Assembly (NCBI GenBank): GCA_965261025.1
Contig: OZ253438.1
Coordinates: 870,001 to 902,000 of the forward strand
Direction: 5' to 3'
Origin: Chlamydiales bacterium
GTDB taxonomy: Bacteria > Chlamydiota > Chlamydiia > Chlamydiales > SM23-39
DNA: 32,000 nt
Part shown: positions 1 through 11,017 of the stretch, piece after piece
How the letters are laid out: each line of letters begins with the position of its first letter
How positions within the stretch are numbered: position 1 is the first letter of the stretch
The notes under the pieces: model-generated
Seen by the model: the letters and a program-made list of their open reading frames with translations, nothing else
What the model was told of the DNA's origin: nothing
Database searches by the model: none
Made by a program: the position numbers and the translations under genes

Positions 1-976
1 TACAGGAAAAATCTTGTGATACCACCCTAGCAAAAGGATTTCTCCAAGGCCCCCACAGACTAGAAGAAGTGGGACCAAACAAAGCAACTACCTTGTGTTT
101 TAAAGCAGATGCCATATGAAAGGGCGCTGAATCTACACAAAGAAGCATTTCACTTTTTTGTATAAAAAAGGCGAGCTCTTCCAAAGTAATTTTTCCTGAA
201 AGATTAAAAACCTGTTCTCCTTTAAAGGGTGCCAGGATAGTCTGTATCATCTCTTTTTCCCAAGCAGAAGTTCCAGAAGAAAAAAGCAAAGGAAATCCTT
301 TTTCCAAAAGAATGTTACTCAGTCTTTGCCATTTTTCTTCAGGCCAGCATTTAAAACGCCACCTGGCACTGGGGTGGATCAAAAAAAACGAGGTGATTTC
401 CTTCTCTTCCAGGTAGCTTTCTACTTTTGCTTTTGCTCTATGACAAAGAGACAAAAAGAGTTCCCTTTCCTCATAAGGAGGATGGATTCCTATTTTTCGT
501 AAAATATCCAAATCTTTTTCTACTGTATGTCTAGGAGTCGGACAATTTTTTACAATATGCGTATAACTTTTCTCCCGATCCCAAAAACCCTTTTTCATCC
601 CTTCCCTGCCTACCCTGATAGGTGCTTTAGAGGCTTTTACAGCCAAGGTTCCTCGATCTCCTTCTGTGAGATTCAAGACAAGGTCATATTTTTTTTTCCG
701 GATTTTTCTAAGTAGAGAAAGTTCATACAAATATTTTTTCCAAAAAAAAGATTTTTTTTTCTCTCTGTCATAGAAAAGAATCTCTTTAATGTGAGGATTG
801 TTTTTTAGCAAAGCAAAAGATTCTTGGTTCAGATAAAAATCAATTTCTGCCTTAGGAAATTTCTTTTTTAAAACTCTTAATAAAGGAGTAGTAAGTAAAA
901 CATCCCCAATATTTCTTAGTTTGATAACCAAAATCTTTTTTATATCTTCTAGATTGGGATAATTTCCATAAGACAT
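1..976 (-). CDS. Glycosyltransferase family 9 (LPS heptosyltransferase-like); C-terminus cut by the window edge
   Basis: It is absent from the ORF track because it runs off the 5' edge. I checked by hand that the frame is open from the ATG (complement of 974-976) down to position 2. The N-terminus reads MSYGNYPNLEDIKKILVIKLRNIGDVLLTTPLLRVLKKKFPKAEIDFYLNQES. The C-terminal part reads CVDSAPFHMASALKHKVVALFGPTSSSLWGPW. Both blocks are typical GT9 (RfaF/RfaC-type) signatures. Confidence 0.75.
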   Translation of the reverse strand, partial: MSYGNYPNLEDIKKILVIKLRNIGDVLLTTPLLRVLKKKFPKAEIDFYLNQESFALLKNNPHIKEILFYDREKKKSFFWKKYLYELSLLRKIRKKKYDLVLNLTEGDRGTLAVKASKAPIRVGREGMKKGFWDREKSYTHIVKNCPTPRHTVEKDLDILRKIGIHPPYEERELFLSLCHRAKAKVESYLEEKEITSFFLIHPSARWRFKCWPEEKWQRLSNILLEKGFPLLFSSGTSAWEKEMIQTILAPFKGEQVFNLSGKITLEELAFFIQKSEMLLCVDSAPFHMASALKHKVVALFGPTSSSLWGPWRNPFARVVSQDFSC

Positions 977-1047
977 GGGAAGATTCTTTTTATTAATAGC
1001 TGAATTTCCCTATAATAGCCTTACACGAGATTTATTGGGAGCAAACA

Positions 1048-1467
1048 ATGGAGCAAACACTTTCTATCATCAAACCAGATGCGGTATCTAAAAACAAAAT
1101 TGGAGAGATTATCTCTCGCCTTGAAAAAGAACACCTGAAAGTGATAGGAGCAAAAATGGTTCATTTAAACGACCAAGAAGCAAGAGCCTTTTATTCAATT
1201 CACAGCGAAAAACCTTTCTTTCAAGATCTTGTCCAGTTTATGAGTTCTGGCCCTATTATGGTTATGGTTTTAGAAGGAGAAAAGGCAATCCAAAAAAACC
1301 GAGATATTATGGGAGCTACCGATCCAAAAAAAGCAGAGCCTCACACTTTAAGAGCTCTTTATGGAACTAGTATCGATTATAATGCGGTTCATGGATCTGA
1401 TAGTCCTGAAACAGCCAAAGGAGAAATCGCTTTCTTCTTTAAAAAGGAAGCAATTTTATCTCGGTAA
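1048..1467 (+). CDS. ndk: Nucleoside diphosphate kinase
   Basis: 139 aa. The sequence [10 protein letters not shown]...[12 protein letters not shown] (active-site His context) and the overall length are typical of Ndk. A GGGAG Shine-Dalgarno lies about 7 nt upstream, and a TATAAT occurs at 1011-1016. Confidence 0.95.
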   Translation: MEQTLSIIKPDAVSKNKIGEIISRLEKEHLKVIGAKMVHLNDQEARAFYSIHSEKPFFQDLVQFMSSGPIMVMVLEGEKAIQKNRDIMGATDPKKAEPHTLRALYGTSIDYNAVHGSDSPETAKGEIAFFFKKEAILSR

Positions 1468-1658
1468 GAGAAGATTCGTTGCTTTTGGTAAGACAGCTAT
1501 CTCAAAAAAACAAGCAAAAAAAATCTTTATTCCCCTTCAAGAGAAAGTGATCTTGCTAAACAAAGGAGTAACATCCTGGGGAAGAAAGAAATAGCCACCC
1601 CCATACTCTAGCTCTTTTCCTATCCGGATGGTCTCTTCCTCTGATCCCGATAGATCCA

Positions 1659-2843
1659 CTATCTTATCATTTTGCTTATATTTTCGAAGTAACTCTGGAT
1701 CCTCTTTCCCTCTTTCAGATCTAGAAGATACATTCCTGTTTTATACTCTATCAAAACAAGAAAAGGTTTCTCAGGCTCATAAAAATTTTCTCTTTGAAAA
1801 AGCTTCTCGTCTCGAAAAAACCTAGAGGCTAATTGACAGGCTATTTGTTCTGCCTCCCTTTTTTCTTTTTTAAAATCAAAAATAATTTCAAATACCTTGC
1901 TACGCCAAAGAACTACCACCAAAAATAGCTTACAAAGACAAATAAGCCTAACAGAGGCACCTTTAGAATCAAAAGCTTTCAACCATTGTAATCTTCTATA
2001 ACTAGAGATCGGTAAAGTCTGTTCTTTTCCCAATGGATATGGGAGGTATTCTATAGCTTTTTCCTTCAAAAAAAAAGAGTAAAAACCCCATTTTTCTGCC
2101 ACTTTTTTTACTGCTTCTTTTGCCTTTAATCTTCCGTTACAAGAGGAGGGAAGACTTATGGTATACTCTGGAATCGACTCTGAAATAACTACCGCAAAAT
2201 AGAGCGTTTTCCCTGAAGTTGTCTCATACCCTAAAGTTAGGTAACTCCCCCCTTTGATTTCTTCCTGAGTATCTGTCTCTAGAGAAATCGTATTTTCTTC
2301 TTTTTCAACCATGCCAGAAAAAAAACCTGCAATAAAGAAACCTTTTTCCGGATGAAGTTTTTCATAATACTGTCCAACTCTAATACAGCTGCAAAGTCTT
2401 CCAGATAAATTCTCTAATTTTTTCCCTGAATATTTTATTTTCTTTATCCACTGCGGTCCCCTCTTGGATGGATCCAAAAGAACAGGAAAAATAAGATCTC
2501 GGCTCTTGCCTAAAAAAATAAAATGGCCTGGAAAAGACGAAGCTAAGGCAATAATATCCCCTATATCCCTTTGTAAAAACTGCCTTTTTCTCTTTTTTGA
2601 TTCTTCCTGTAACTGGATCAAAATTTGATATGCTATATGTTTTGCTTCTTCACTATTTTGAAATACCTTTGGAACGATATAATGAATTGTTATTTGATTC
2701 GTTTGATGTAACGAGATTTTTATTATGCCGATTATATAAACAGAGCAAACTCCCATTACTCTACAGCAAAGCCCTTCAAAAATCTCGTCTTGCAAGATGC
2801 TTAAGTTTTTAAACCTCAATGAGTCTAATGGCGTAATAACCAT
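1659..2843 (-). CDS. Hypothetical protein (394 aa from the internal ATG; the track ORF extends to 2975)
   Basis: Long open frame convergent with ndk. I prefer the ATG at 2843 because AGGAGGGAA lies immediately upstream of it. The 44 extra N-terminal codons of the track ORF are hydrophobic and basic and have no SD. I recognise no family. It occupies the position next to pckA where Chlamydiaceae carry hypothetical genes. Confidence 0.5.
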   Translation of the reverse strand: MVITPLDSLRFKNLSILQDEIFEGLCCRVMGVCSVYIIGIIKISLHQTNQITIHYIVPKVFQNSEEAKHIAYQILIQLQEESKKRKRQFLQRDIGDIIALASSFPGHFIFLGKSRDLIFPVLLDPSKRGPQWIKKIKYSGKKLENLSGRLCSCIRVGQYYEKLHPEKGFFIAGFFSGMVEKEENTISLETDTQEEIKGGSYLTLGYETTSGKTLYFAVVISESIPEYTISLPSSCNGRLKAKEAVKKVAEKWGFYSFFLKEKAIEYLPYPLGKEQTLPISSYRRLQWLKAFDSKGASVRLICLCKLFLVVVLWRSKVFEIIFDFKKEKREAEQIACQLASRFFRDEKLFQRENFYEPEKPFLVLIEYKTGMYLLDLKEGKRIQSYFENISKMIR

Positions 2844-3003
2844 TTCCCTCCTGATAAAAATTGGGCAGGAGCTTACTTTTGTCTTTCTTTTTTGTACATT
2901 TCTTTTTAGGAAAAAAACAAGGAAAGTGTGTATCTTGGCGAAGATAACAAAGACGAATAAGAGAGTTCTTTGCAAAGGCCTAAATTACCCTTAATCTTAT
3001 TTT

Positions 3004-4839
3004 TTAACCCTTTGTATTAAAACTCTCACCAAATCTTTTCTCTAAATCTTCCAGCTGTTTTTTTAACTTTTTGGGAAAGGAATTTCCAAATAGGGAAAAA
3101 TAGCTTTTTAGACCTTTTATTTCCTTCTTCCAGAGAAGGGGGTCTATATGAAATAGCCTTTCCAAGGTTTTTTGAGATAAAGAAAGCCCCTCTATGTTCA
3201 AATCCTCTAATTTTGGTATAAGCCCTATAGGAGAAGAATAAGCTTCTTTCTTGTGCGTAATCCTTTCAAAAATCCACTGCAAAATACGAATGTTTTCTCC
3301 AAAACCAGGCCACAAAAAGTCCCCTGTTTCTGACTTTTGAAACCAATTCACATGAAAGATGAGGGGTTGCTTCTTCTTTCCTAAAAGATCACCCATTTCC
3401 AACCAATGCGCAAAATAATCTCCCATATTGTATCCACAAAAAGGGAGCATAGAAAAGGGATCATGACGAAGTTTCCCTACTTCTCCCTTTGCAGCCGCTG
3501 TCGTAATAGAAGAGACGCTAGCTCCTAAAAAAACGCCATGTTCCCAGTCAAAAGATTGTAGAACAAGAGGAATGGTATTACTCCTTCTTCCTCCAAAAAC
3601 AATAGCAGAAATAGGAACTCCTTGAGGATCTTCATAAGCAAGATCTTTAATGGGACACTGGCTTAAAGGAGCTGTGAATCTTGCATTGGGATGTGCTGCT
3701 TTTTCTTTTTTTGCTCTTTTCCATTCCCTTTTTTGCCAGTCTGTGAGTTTTTCAGGAGGAAAGCTAAGCCCTTCCCACCAAATATCTCCTTCTTGAGTTA
3801 GAGCCGCATTGGTGAAAATAGTATTTTTTTCTATTGTTCTCATCGCATTCGGATTGGTTTTTTCCGAAGTTCCAGGAGCTACACCAAACATGCCTGCTTC
3901 TGGATTGATAGCCCAAAGCTTTCCTTCTTTACCTATCTTCATCCAAGCAATATCATCTCCTACACACTCAATTTTCCAGCCAGGAAGAGAAGAAGAAAGC
4001 ATGGCAAGATTCGTTTTTCCACAGGCGGAAGGAAAAGAGGCCGCTATATATTTTTTCTCTCCTTCGGGATTAGTAAGACCCAAAATCAACATATGCTCTG
4101 CTAGCCACTTTTCTTCTCTTGCTAAGACAGAAGCAATCCTCAAAGCAAAGCATTTTTTCCCTAAAAGGGCGTTTCCTCCATAACCACTTCCAAAGGAGTA
4201 AATCTCTCTTTTTTTGGGAAAGTGAACAATAAGCCTATTCTTTACATTGCAAGGCCAAGCAACATCTTTCTCTGCTTTTTGTAGAGGAGCTCCTACAGAA
4301 TGAAGACAAGGAACAAAAAATTTCTTCTTCTCTAACTCTTTTAAGGCCCTTTCTCCCATACGAGTCATAATACGCATGTTTAAAACCACATAGCCAGAAT
4401 CGGTAATTTGAACTCCTATATAGGATTTATCCGATCCAAAAGGACCCAGGCAAAAAGGAATAATATACATTGTCCTTCCTTGCATAGATCCTCGAAAAAG
4501 AATCTCTAATTTTTCCCGCATGAGAGCGGGATCTGCCCAGTGGTTTGTAGGACCTGCTTCTTCTGGTGTGTCAGAGCATATATAGGTATTTTCTTCCACT
4601 CTTGCCACATCTAAGGGATCAGAAAAAGCCAAAAAACTATGGGGTCTTTTATTGGGATTCAAACGAATGAGCTGCTTATTCTCTACAAGGCAAGAGGCAA
4701 TTTCTTGAAATTCCCCTTCAGACCCCTCACAGAGAAAAACCCGTTCTGGTTTTACAAGAGAATGAACCCTTTTTATCCACTGAAAGAGTGTAGGGATTTT
4801 TAGAAAATCTTGAAAGCTCTCTGGGCTGATAAAGCCCAT
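3004..4839 (-). CDS. pckA: Phosphoenolpyruvate carboxykinase, GTP-dependent
   Basis: 611 aa, with the GTP-PEPCK P-loop FPSACGKTNLAML and FGSGYGGNALLGKKCFALRIAS. Its start codon directly abuts the mreB stop (4839/4840). Confidence 0.95.
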   Translation of the reverse strand: MGFISPESFQDFLKIPTLFQWIKRVHSLVKPERVFLCEGSEGEFQEIASCLVENKQLIRLNPNKRPHSFLAFSDPLDVARVEENTYICSDTPEEAGPTNHWADPALMREKLEILFRGSMQGRTMYIIPFCLGPFGSDKSYIGVQITDSGYVVLNMRIMTRMGERALKELEKKKFFVPCLHSVGAPLQKAEKDVAWPCNVKNRLIVHFPKKREIYSFGSGYGGNALLGKKCFALRIASVLAREEKWLAEHMLILGLTNPEGEKKYIAASFPSACGKTNLAMLSSSLPGWKIECVGDDIAWMKIGKEGKLWAINPEAGMFGVAPGTSEKTNPNAMRTIEKNTIFTNAALTQEGDIWWEGLSFPPEKLTDWQKREWKRAKKEKAAHPNARFTAPLSQCPIKDLAYEDPQGVPISAIVFGGRRSNTIPLVLQSFDWEHGVFLGASVSSITTAAAKGEVGKLRHDPFSMLPFCGYNMGDYFAHWLEMGDLLGKKKQPLIFHVNWFQKSETGDFLWPGFGENIRILQWIFERITHKKEAYSSPIGLIPKLEDLNIEGLSLSQKTLERLFHIDPLLWKKEIKGLKSYFSLFGNSFPKKLKKQLEDLEKRFGESFNTKG

Positions 4840-5955
4840 TTAAAAAGCGCCTGCTTTCTTCCTTTTGAGTTTATCTAAAAATTGAAGAGCCTTTCCTGTA
4901 CCTAGACAAACGGCAAGCAAAGGATTATGGGCTACAAAAACAGGTAACCCTGTCTCTTTAATCAATAACTTATCCAGTCCTTTGATCAAGGCCCCTCCCC
5001 CTGCTAAAATCATTCCTCTTTCTACAAGATCTGCAGCAAGCTCTGGGGGACATTTTTCTAGAGTAAGTTTTACGTTTTCACTAATTTGCAAGATAGGCTC
5101 CGCTAAACACTCTCTAATTTCTACTGAATTAATCCTTTTGGTAATGGGAAGACCTGCTACCTGATCCCTTCCTCTTACCTCCATTTCTAGCTCATTATTG
5201 CCCAAAGGATAGGCTGAGCCAATGGTCATTTTAATCTCTTCGGCAGTTCTAGGACCTATCATTAAGTTGTACGTTCTTCTCATGTAATTCATAATACAAT
5301 CATCAAATTCATCTCCAGCGATACGAAGAGAGCGGGATTCTACAATGCCTCCCAAAGAAATAATAGCAATCTCTGTAGTTCCTCCCCCTATATCAATGAT
5401 CATATTTGCGGCCGGCTCGTGAACTGGAAGATCTACCCCAATAGCCGCTGCCATCGGTTCTTCAATAAGAACCACCTCCTGGGCTCCTGCATGTAGTGCA
5501 GAATCTTCCACAGCCCTTTTTTCTACCCCCGTAATTCCTGAGGGAACAGCTATTAGTATCTTGGGTCGAAAGAGAGTCCTAGAGGGAGTAACCCTTTTAA
5601 TGAGCTCTTTTAACATCCCCTCTGCAATCTCAAAATCCGCAATAACCCCGTCTTTCATTGGCCTTACTGCATGAATTTTTCGGGGCGTTTTTCCCAACAT
5701 CGCTTTGGCTTTATGCCCTACCGCTAAAACCTCATTAGTAAGAGAGTCGACAGCAACAACCGAAGGCTCTGCTAAAACAATGCCCTTTCCTTTTACATAA
5801 ACCAAAGTATTAGCCGTTCCCAAGTCGATTCCTATGTCAGAAGAAAAAAAGCCAGAGAGTCTACCAAGTCGGTTTTTTACCAAATCCTGCGCGTTTTTTA
5901 GGAACTGAAAGACTCTTTTCTTTGTATTGGGATCCATGATTTTTTCCTTATTCAA
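4840..5955 (-). CDS. mreB: Rod-shape/division actin homologue MreB
   Basis: 371 aa, with [46 protein letters not shown] and [13 protein letters not shown]. These are canonical MreB phosphate and adenosine motifs. Confidence 0.95.
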   Translation of the reverse strand: MNKEKIMDPNTKKRVFQFLKNAQDLVKNRLGRLSGFFSSDIGIDLGTANTLVYVKGKGIVLAEPSVVAVDSLTNEVLAVGHKAKAMLGKTPRKIHAVRPMKDGVIADFEIAEGMLKELIKRVTPSRTLFRPKILIAVPSGITGVEKRAVEDSALHAGAQEVVLIEEPMAAAIGVDLPVHEPAANMIIDIGGGTTEIAIISLGGIVESRSLRIAGDEFDDCIMNYMRRTYNLMIGPRTAEEIKMTIGSAYPLGNNELEMEVRGRDQVAGLPITKRINSVEIRECLAEPILQISENVKLTLEKCPPELAADLVERGMILAGGGALIKGLDKLLIKETGLPVFVAHNPLLAVCLGTGKALQFLDKLKRKKAGAF

Positions 5956-8900
5956 GTCTGCAGAAGTTCTAAGACATCTTCCCAGGTTAGTTTTGCAATC
6001 GCCTCATCATCGCAACTCACTACTTTCTTGACCAATCCTTTTTTTCTTTTTTGCATCTCTACTATCTTTTCTTCGATAGTATGAAGCGTTACCAATTTGT
6101 AAGAAGAAACTGATTTTGTTTGCCCCATTCTGTGAACTCTATCAGTTGCCTGACTCTCTACAGCAGGGTTCCACCACATATCGTAATGAACCACCGTATC
6201 AGCTCCCACCAAATTTAATCCAGTCCCTCCTGCTTTTAAAGAGACCAAGAAAACGGGGATTTTTTCATTTTCGTTAAACTCTTTTACAATGGAAAGTCGA
6301 TTCTTAGAAGCTCCATCTAGGTAGCAAAAAGAAATTCCTCTTTGCTCAAAATCTTCTTTCATAATCTGAAGCATCTTCGTATACTGGCTAAAGATCACTG
6401 TCTTATGCCCCCCTCCTACTAATGTTTGGAGAAGCTCTAACAACATATCGTATTTGCTAGAATCACCCGGCTCTGCCTTCTCTTTGGCAAAAATGGCCGG
6501 ATGGCAACAAATCTGTTTTAAACGAGTTAAAGTAGCTAATACATGAATTTGTACTTTGTCGAAGCCCTCTCTTTCCACTAGCCTAGTAAGCTCATCTTTA
6601 GCTGATTCTGCATAAGAACGATAAAGCTCTAATTGTGCCTCAGAGAGTTGGCAGTGATAGACAATTTCAGAGACAGCTGGTAAATCTTGGAGCACATCGG
6701 TTTTCATACGCCGTAAAATGAAGGGAGACACCTTCTTCTTTAAAAATCCCATAACTTCTGTATGTTTTTCCTTGCCTACCCTCACATATCGATCTATAAA
6801 ACGATCGTAGGAACTTAAAAACCCTGGCATGAGAAAATCAAATAAAGACCACATCTCCTCTAGAGAATTTTCAATAGGAGTTCCTGTCAAGATAAGCCTA
6901 TGAACCGCCTCGATTTGTTTCACCGATTTTGCATTTCGGGTACCCCTGTTTTTAATGTGCTGCGCTTCATCTAAGATCAAATAGGAAAATCCAAAATCTT
7001 TGTACATCTCCACATCTTTTTGCAAAAGAGTATAAGAGGTAACTGCTACTTCATATTGAGATAGAGATTGAACTAGCTTTTTTCGAGAAGCAGGAGCTCC
7101 GTCTATGACTAAAGAGCGAAGCTTGGGATTAAATTTGGTTACCTCTTCTTTCCAATTGTACAAAAGGGAAGTAGGACAAACAATTAAAGAGGTTTTCTGC
7201 TTTCCTTTTTTTTGCGTCTGCGTGATAGCAGAAATAGCCTGCAAGGTTTTCCCCAACCCCATATCATCTGCTAAAATCCCATTTAAATACATGCAACGCA
7301 ATCTCTCTATCCAATGCACTCCTTCTTGTTGGTACGGCCTTAAAGTAGCTTGGATCTCCTTGGGAATTTCAGAAAAACTCATCTTTACTTCCCCAAGCAT
7401 CTGCTTTTTCATCTCCTGTAATGGCGCAGAAAAGGTAAGCTCTACAGGCAAATTTTTATAAGCTGCTTCATCGACGTTCACAAGACTCCATAAAGGTCTA
7501 TCTTCTTCATGAGTATCCAATCTAGAGATTCCCAATTCATCAAATAAAGAAACAATTTGCGCTGTCTTTTCTAGATCAAGAACTAAAATCTTAGAAAACC
7601 GAGAACTTTCTCTTTTTCCTTTTCCTAAGTCTAGCTCTATAAAACAACGTTTGGAAGAAATGCAGTCCCAGAGAAGGTCCAAACGAATTCCCTTTAAAGC
7701 TCCTACTACTTTTAACTTCACTGTATAGTAGCCTATCTTGGAAGAAGTAGTAAGAGAGAGAGAAAATTGGGTCTCATCGTAGATAAACTGATCCATCAAA
7801 TTTTGTGGACAATCGAAATGCACTATTTCCTGATATTTAGGAACTGTTTCGGTCATAAACTCAACAATCTTCTTCTCTGTTTTGGCTACGAAAACCCCCT
7901 GCTGTGAATTAAAAACAAAGTCTTGAAAAAGTGCATCTATGATCTGATTCTCCTCTACTAGGTTCCTAGCTAAAATTCCTTTTTCAGAAACAAAGGGAAG
8001 GATATCTTCATACCTTAGCTGAGAAGAAAACGCAGGTACAGCGTGATTATCATAGTAAAACCAAAGTTCTGCTTCGAGCTCACCATCCAAATAGGTGAGC
8101 CTACACTTTGCCTGGAGCTTATTGGCAAAGGGAAGCGTTGTAACAGACTCTATCTCTTTTAAATTCGCAATTTCCCCATACTTTCTGAGTTTAGGAATCG
8201 CATTTTCCACAAAAGTCCCAAACAAGGGTTCTGGAACTGTCATATCTCTTAAGACTTCTAAATTCATTAAATGTTCCCTCTGAATTAGGGGGGGGAAATG
8301 GTAATAAGCATCTTGATAAATCATTCCAGGAGTTGCACAAGCAAATAACACAGCTTCTTCTATGGAAATAAGCTGTGAATCCAAAACAACCATTGGTTTC
8401 ACAAAAAGCTTTGCAGAAGGAGATTTCATGGACTCTAAAACAAAACGCAGTGTAGCGGGCTTAGGAGAATAACGAAGGGGCGTTTCTAAATTTCCGTAAT
8501 ATAAAGAGGGCATGAAAGGAAATTCATCTGCGTTATCAAATCCTCTAGGAAGAGCCTGTTTTTCCGCCTGTCCTTGTACTTGGGCAAGAAGTGAACCAAA
8601 AGCATCCCAGTCTAAAAAAGCACTTTTTTGCGCTCTTTCTGAACCTTCTACAAAATAGGATCGATCGATTAAAATCTTGATAATGGATTCTGCTACAGGA
8701 TCAAAAGATTCCCAGGAAAAAAAATAGCGCTTTCCGCCTATATTTACGGCAGAGGTAAAACGTATTGCCTCAAAAAAAGAATGTACCTGAGCAATTTGAA
8801 GAGGTTTTGTCCTAAAGGGAAGCCTTAAAACAGGCTGATATTCTATTTTCCCTTTTTTGGGAGAAATAATCGATTTAGGATTAAAAATAAGAGCTAATTC

Positions 8901-9419
8901 AACATGGGAAACAATCTGTTTTTCTTCGGAAAGAAAAAAAGGAGATTTTGAAAAAGTGGAAGAGGCTGCTACATACTCTTGTAAAAGCTGTTTTTGATAT
9001 AACTCATCTTGTTTTTTTTCTTCCTTGGTTTCCGCTTGCTTGATAGTTTCTAGTAAAACTTTTTTTTGAGAAGGTTCTAATGAACCGTCTTGAGCAATAT
9101 CCTTTTCTTTTGAATACTGAACGATTAGAGAATCGATTTTTGCCTCCAAAAAAAATATTAACGCAGCAAGATGCTGGCAATCATAGCGGTAAGGACAATC
9201 ACAGTTAGAATGAATAGTTTCTGATTCAAACCGATCTACTTCTATTTCACTTTCATAGGTATTATCATAGTTTCCCAAAATTTTTCCATTAAAGCGAATC
9301 GTATCCTTGTCAAAACGAATGACTTTAGCCTGAATCACTTTTTCTTTTTCGTGAAGCTGCTTTCCTTCCTTTAAAATAGCAGCGGAAAAATCCTGTTTAA
9401 GTTTTCGAAAATTTAACAT
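5952..9419 (-). CDS. SWIM zinc-finger / SNF2-family (SWI2/SNF2) helicase
   Basis: 1155 aa. The N-terminal SWIM motif is [15 protein letters not shown]. The SNF2 motifs are [12 protein letters not shown] (I), [11 protein letters not shown] (II), [10 protein letters not shown] (III), and the helicase-C block [37 protein letters not shown]. Its stop overlaps the mreB start by 4 nt. Confidence 0.9.
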   Translation of the reverse strand: MLNFRKLKQDFSAAILKEGKQLHEKEKVIQAKVIRFDKDTIRFNGKILGNYDNTYESEIEVDRFESETIHSNCDCPYRYDCQHLAALIFFLEAKIDSLIVQYSKEKDIAQDGSLEPSQKKVLLETIKQAETKEEKKQDELYQKQLLQEYVAASSTFSKSPFFLSEEKQIVSHVELALIFNPKSIISPKKGKIEYQPVLRLPFRTKPLQIAQVHSFFEAIRFTSAVNIGGKRYFFSWESFDPVAESIIKILIDRSYFVEGSERAQKSAFLDWDAFGSLLAQVQGQAEKQALPRGFDNADEFPFMPSLYYGNLETPLRYSPKPATLRFVLESMKSPSAKLFVKPMVVLDSQLISIEEAVLFACATPGMIYQDAYYHFPPLIQREHLMNLEVLRDMTVPEPLFGTFVENAIPKLRKYGEIANLKEIESVTTLPFANKLQAKCRLTYLDGELEAELWFYYDNHAVPAFSSQLRYEDILPFVSEKGILARNLVEENQIIDALFQDFVFNSQQGVFVAKTEKKIVEFMTETVPKYQEIVHFDCPQNLMDQFIYDETQFSLSLTTSSKIGYYTVKLKVVGALKGIRLDLLWDCISSKRCFIELDLGKGKRESSRFSKILVLDLEKTAQIVSLFDELGISRLDTHEEDRPLWSLVNVDEAAYKNLPVELTFSAPLQEMKKQMLGEVKMSFSEIPKEIQATLRPYQQEGVHWIERLRCMYLNGILADDMGLGKTLQAISAITQTQKKGKQKTSLIVCPTSLLYNWKEEVTKFNPKLRSLVIDGAPASRKKLVQSLSQYEVAVTSYTLLQKDVEMYKDFGFSYLILDEAQHIKNRGTRNAKSVKQIEAVHRLILTGTPIENSLEEMWSLFDFLMPGFLSSYDRFIDRYVRVGKEKHTEVMGFLKKKVSPFILRRMKTDVLQDLPAVSEIVYHCQLSEAQLELYRSYAESAKDELTRLVEREGFDKVQIHVLATLTRLKQICCHPAIFAKEKAEPGDSSKYDMLLELLQTLVGGGHKTVIFSQYTKMLQIMKEDFEQRGISFCYLDGASKNRLSIVKEFNENEKIPVFLVSLKAGGTGLNLVGADTVVHYDMWWNPAVESQATDRVHRMGQTKSVSSYKLVTLHTIEEKIVEMQKRKKGLVKKVVSCDDEAIAKLTWEDVLELLQT

Positions 9420-9546
9420 AAAAAATTAGCTCAATTATCTTTTACCTGCTACCTCAAAGATTTACCCTTTTTTTTTTAGACCTGCAAGAAAAAATTCACC
9501 CTCCTTTGAGGAATTTATCCCCCTTTTGCTCAAAACCAAAAATGGT

Positions 9547-9576
9547 TTGAAAACCCTACGAAGAGTTAGGTAAAAT
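9547..9576 (+). promoter_or_regulatory. Candidate sigma70/66-type promoter for tRNA-Gly (and possibly tig)
   Basis: TTGAAA (9547-9552), an 18-nt spacer, then TAAAAT (9571-9576), about 55 nt upstream of the tRNA. Pattern match only. Confidence 0.3.
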
Positions 9577-9632
9577 TCTTTTTTTGTTTTCCTATTAATT
9601 TTCCCCATGCTAGTCTTTCCCGGTAGACGAGT

Positions 9633-9704
9633 GCGGGTGTAGCTCAGCGGTAGAGCATCACGTTGCCAACGTGGAGGTCGTGAGTTCAAGCCTCATCGCC
9701 CGCT
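9633..9704 (+). tRNA. tRNA-Gly (anticodon GCC)
   Basis: GCGGGTG...CGCCCGC forms the acceptor stem with one G-U pair. The D-arm is TAGCTCAGCGGTAGAGCA. The anticodon stem is CACG/CGTG with loop TTGCCAA (GCC). The T-arm is GTGAG-TTCAAGC-CTCAT. CCA is not encoded. Confidence 0.9.
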
Positions 9705-9730
9705 ATAGGAATTTTTAGAAGGAATTGTTT

Positions 9731-11017
9731 GTGTCAGAAGAAAAAGAATCCATTGCCCTAGAAATAAAAAACCATCCTCACTGCAAAGTAGAGCTAACAG
9801 TAACCGCTTTTGCTCCCTTGATCCAAAAAGCAAAAAAAGAAGCTCTTAAGATAGTGAATAAAAAGGTAGATGTCCCTGGTTTTAGAAAGGGAAAAGCTCC
9901 AGAGGATTTTATCCTAAAAAATTACGCGGATTCTGTACAGACCCATACAAAAGAAAAACTAGCTCATCAAGCTTTTCAAGATGCTTTAAAAGAGAGTAAA
10001 CTTCCAATCCTCCATGGCGAGGCAAACATCCAATATGCGTTGAAATCTTTTTCGGAAGAAAAAGCCGTTCTTTCTTTTCAGTTTGAGGTAGAGCCTTCGA
10101 TTCCCCAAGTCAATGCCACAGAGTGTAAAATAAAAAGCCCTGAAGAAAAAAAAATAGGGGAAAAAGAGGTGGAAGAAGCTCTGAAACAGTTTCTTCTTTT
10201 TTATGCTAAATGGATTCCTATTACTGAAAGAGGGGTAGAAGAAAATGACTTTGTTATCCTAGACCTCATTACCTTAGAAGATCCCAAGGAGACTGTTTTT
10301 ACAGGAACTCGGTTTGAAGTAACTGATCAATCCATGGCCTCTTGGATGAAAAAGACTGTTTTAGGAGCTAAGACAGGAGACGTTTTAGAAGGGGTAAGCG
10401 AGGCAGATTCCCACTTATCTGAAAAAGAGAAAAAAGAGTTTCAACCAAAAAAAGTGCAGATCACCTTGAAAAAGGTAGAAAAAGCAGAGTTTCCCGATTT
10501 GAATGAAGATTTTCTAAAACAAGTAGGTGTATCCTCTGAGGAGGAATTTCGGAAAAAATTACGAGATATGCTTGAGAAAAAGGAAGAAGAGAGAAAAGAG
10601 GCCGATATTCGCGATCAGATCAACCAATTTTTTTTAAAGATCCCTTTTGACCTTCCTCTTTCTCTGATTGAAGCAGAAAAAACGCATCGAAAAAAACAGT
10701 TTCTAGAAAATCCTAAGCACCAAAAACAAGCAGAAAAGATGACACAAGAGGAGAAACTCGAGGTTGATCAACGCTTTTATGAGCAAGCAGAAAAGGCAGT
10801 TCGCCTCTTCTACATCTCCCGGAAAATTGTACAGGAAGCTGGAATCCAAGTAACCCACAAGGAGGTAGAGGCTGAGGCTCTCCGTAGTTTACAAGCCTAC
10901 GGTCCTTTAAAGATTGATCCTAAAAAGATCCCAAGTGAGGTGTTTGCTTTGGCGCTTTCGAAACTAATCCTGGCTAGATCACAAGATCACATTATAAAAC
11001 AGAATAAAAAGACTTGA
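9731..11017 (+). CDS. tig: Trigger factor (ribosome-associated PPIase chaperone)
   Basis: Contains the ribosome-binding signature GFRKGKAP near the N-terminus, and the length is typical of trigger factor. I prefer GTG 9731 (AAGGA SD 8 nt upstream) over the track's TTG 9725. The gene starts under 30 nt after the tRNA. Confidence 0.9.
   Translation: MSEEKESIALEIKNHPHCKVELTVTAFAPLIQKAKKEALKIVNKKVDVPGFRKGKAPEDFILKNYADSVQTHTKEKLAHQAFQDALKESKLPILHGEANIQYALKSFSEEKAVLSFQFEVEPSIPQVNATECKIKSPEEKKIGEKEVEEALKQFLLFYAKWIPITERGVEENDFVILDLITLEDPKETVFTGTRFEVTDQSMASWMKKTVLGAKTGDVLEGVSEADSHLSEKEKKEFQPKKVQITLKKVEKAEFPDLNEDFLKQVGVSSEEEFRKKLRDMLEKKEEERKEADIRDQINQFFLKIPFDLPLSLIEAEKTHRKKQFLENPKHQKQAEKMTQEEKLEVDQRFYEQAEKAVRLFYISRKIVQEAGIQVTHKEVEAEALRSLQAYGPLKIDPKKIPSEVFALALSKLILARSQDHIIKQNKKT

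Noticed and set aside
689-760. Two 9-nt homopolymer A/T tracts inside the GT9 gene as a possible phase-variation switch
   Set aside because: A/T runs of 8-10 nt are common throughout this AT-rich, Lys-rich window, for example inside tig near 10146, upstream of the helicase near 9468, and in cdsP near 30633. The tracts are therefore not specific evidence for slipped-strand regulation.
1659-1780. C-terminal segment FLVLIEYKTGMYLLDLKEGKRIQSYFE, faintly reminiscent of the MutL C-terminal domain opening motif
   Set aside because: It lies at the very end of the protein rather than at the start of a domain. The DQHA(A/x)xER core is absent, and there is no GHKL ATPase region upstream.
2844-2975. 44-codon N-terminal extension of the 438-aa track ORF
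   Set aside because: It is a hydrophobic and basic sequence with no SD. A near-perfect AGGAGG precedes the internal ATG at 2843.
3809-8283. Plus-strand ORFs inside pckA, mreB and the helicase (3809-4183, 4982-5164, 7105-7461, 8095-8283)
   Set aside because: They are antisense to strongly supported genes and have no independent signals.
9462-9689. 75-aa minus-strand ORF
   Set aside because: It overlaps the well-folding tRNA-Gly gene and the helicase promoter region, and it has no SD. It is an artefact of an open frame.
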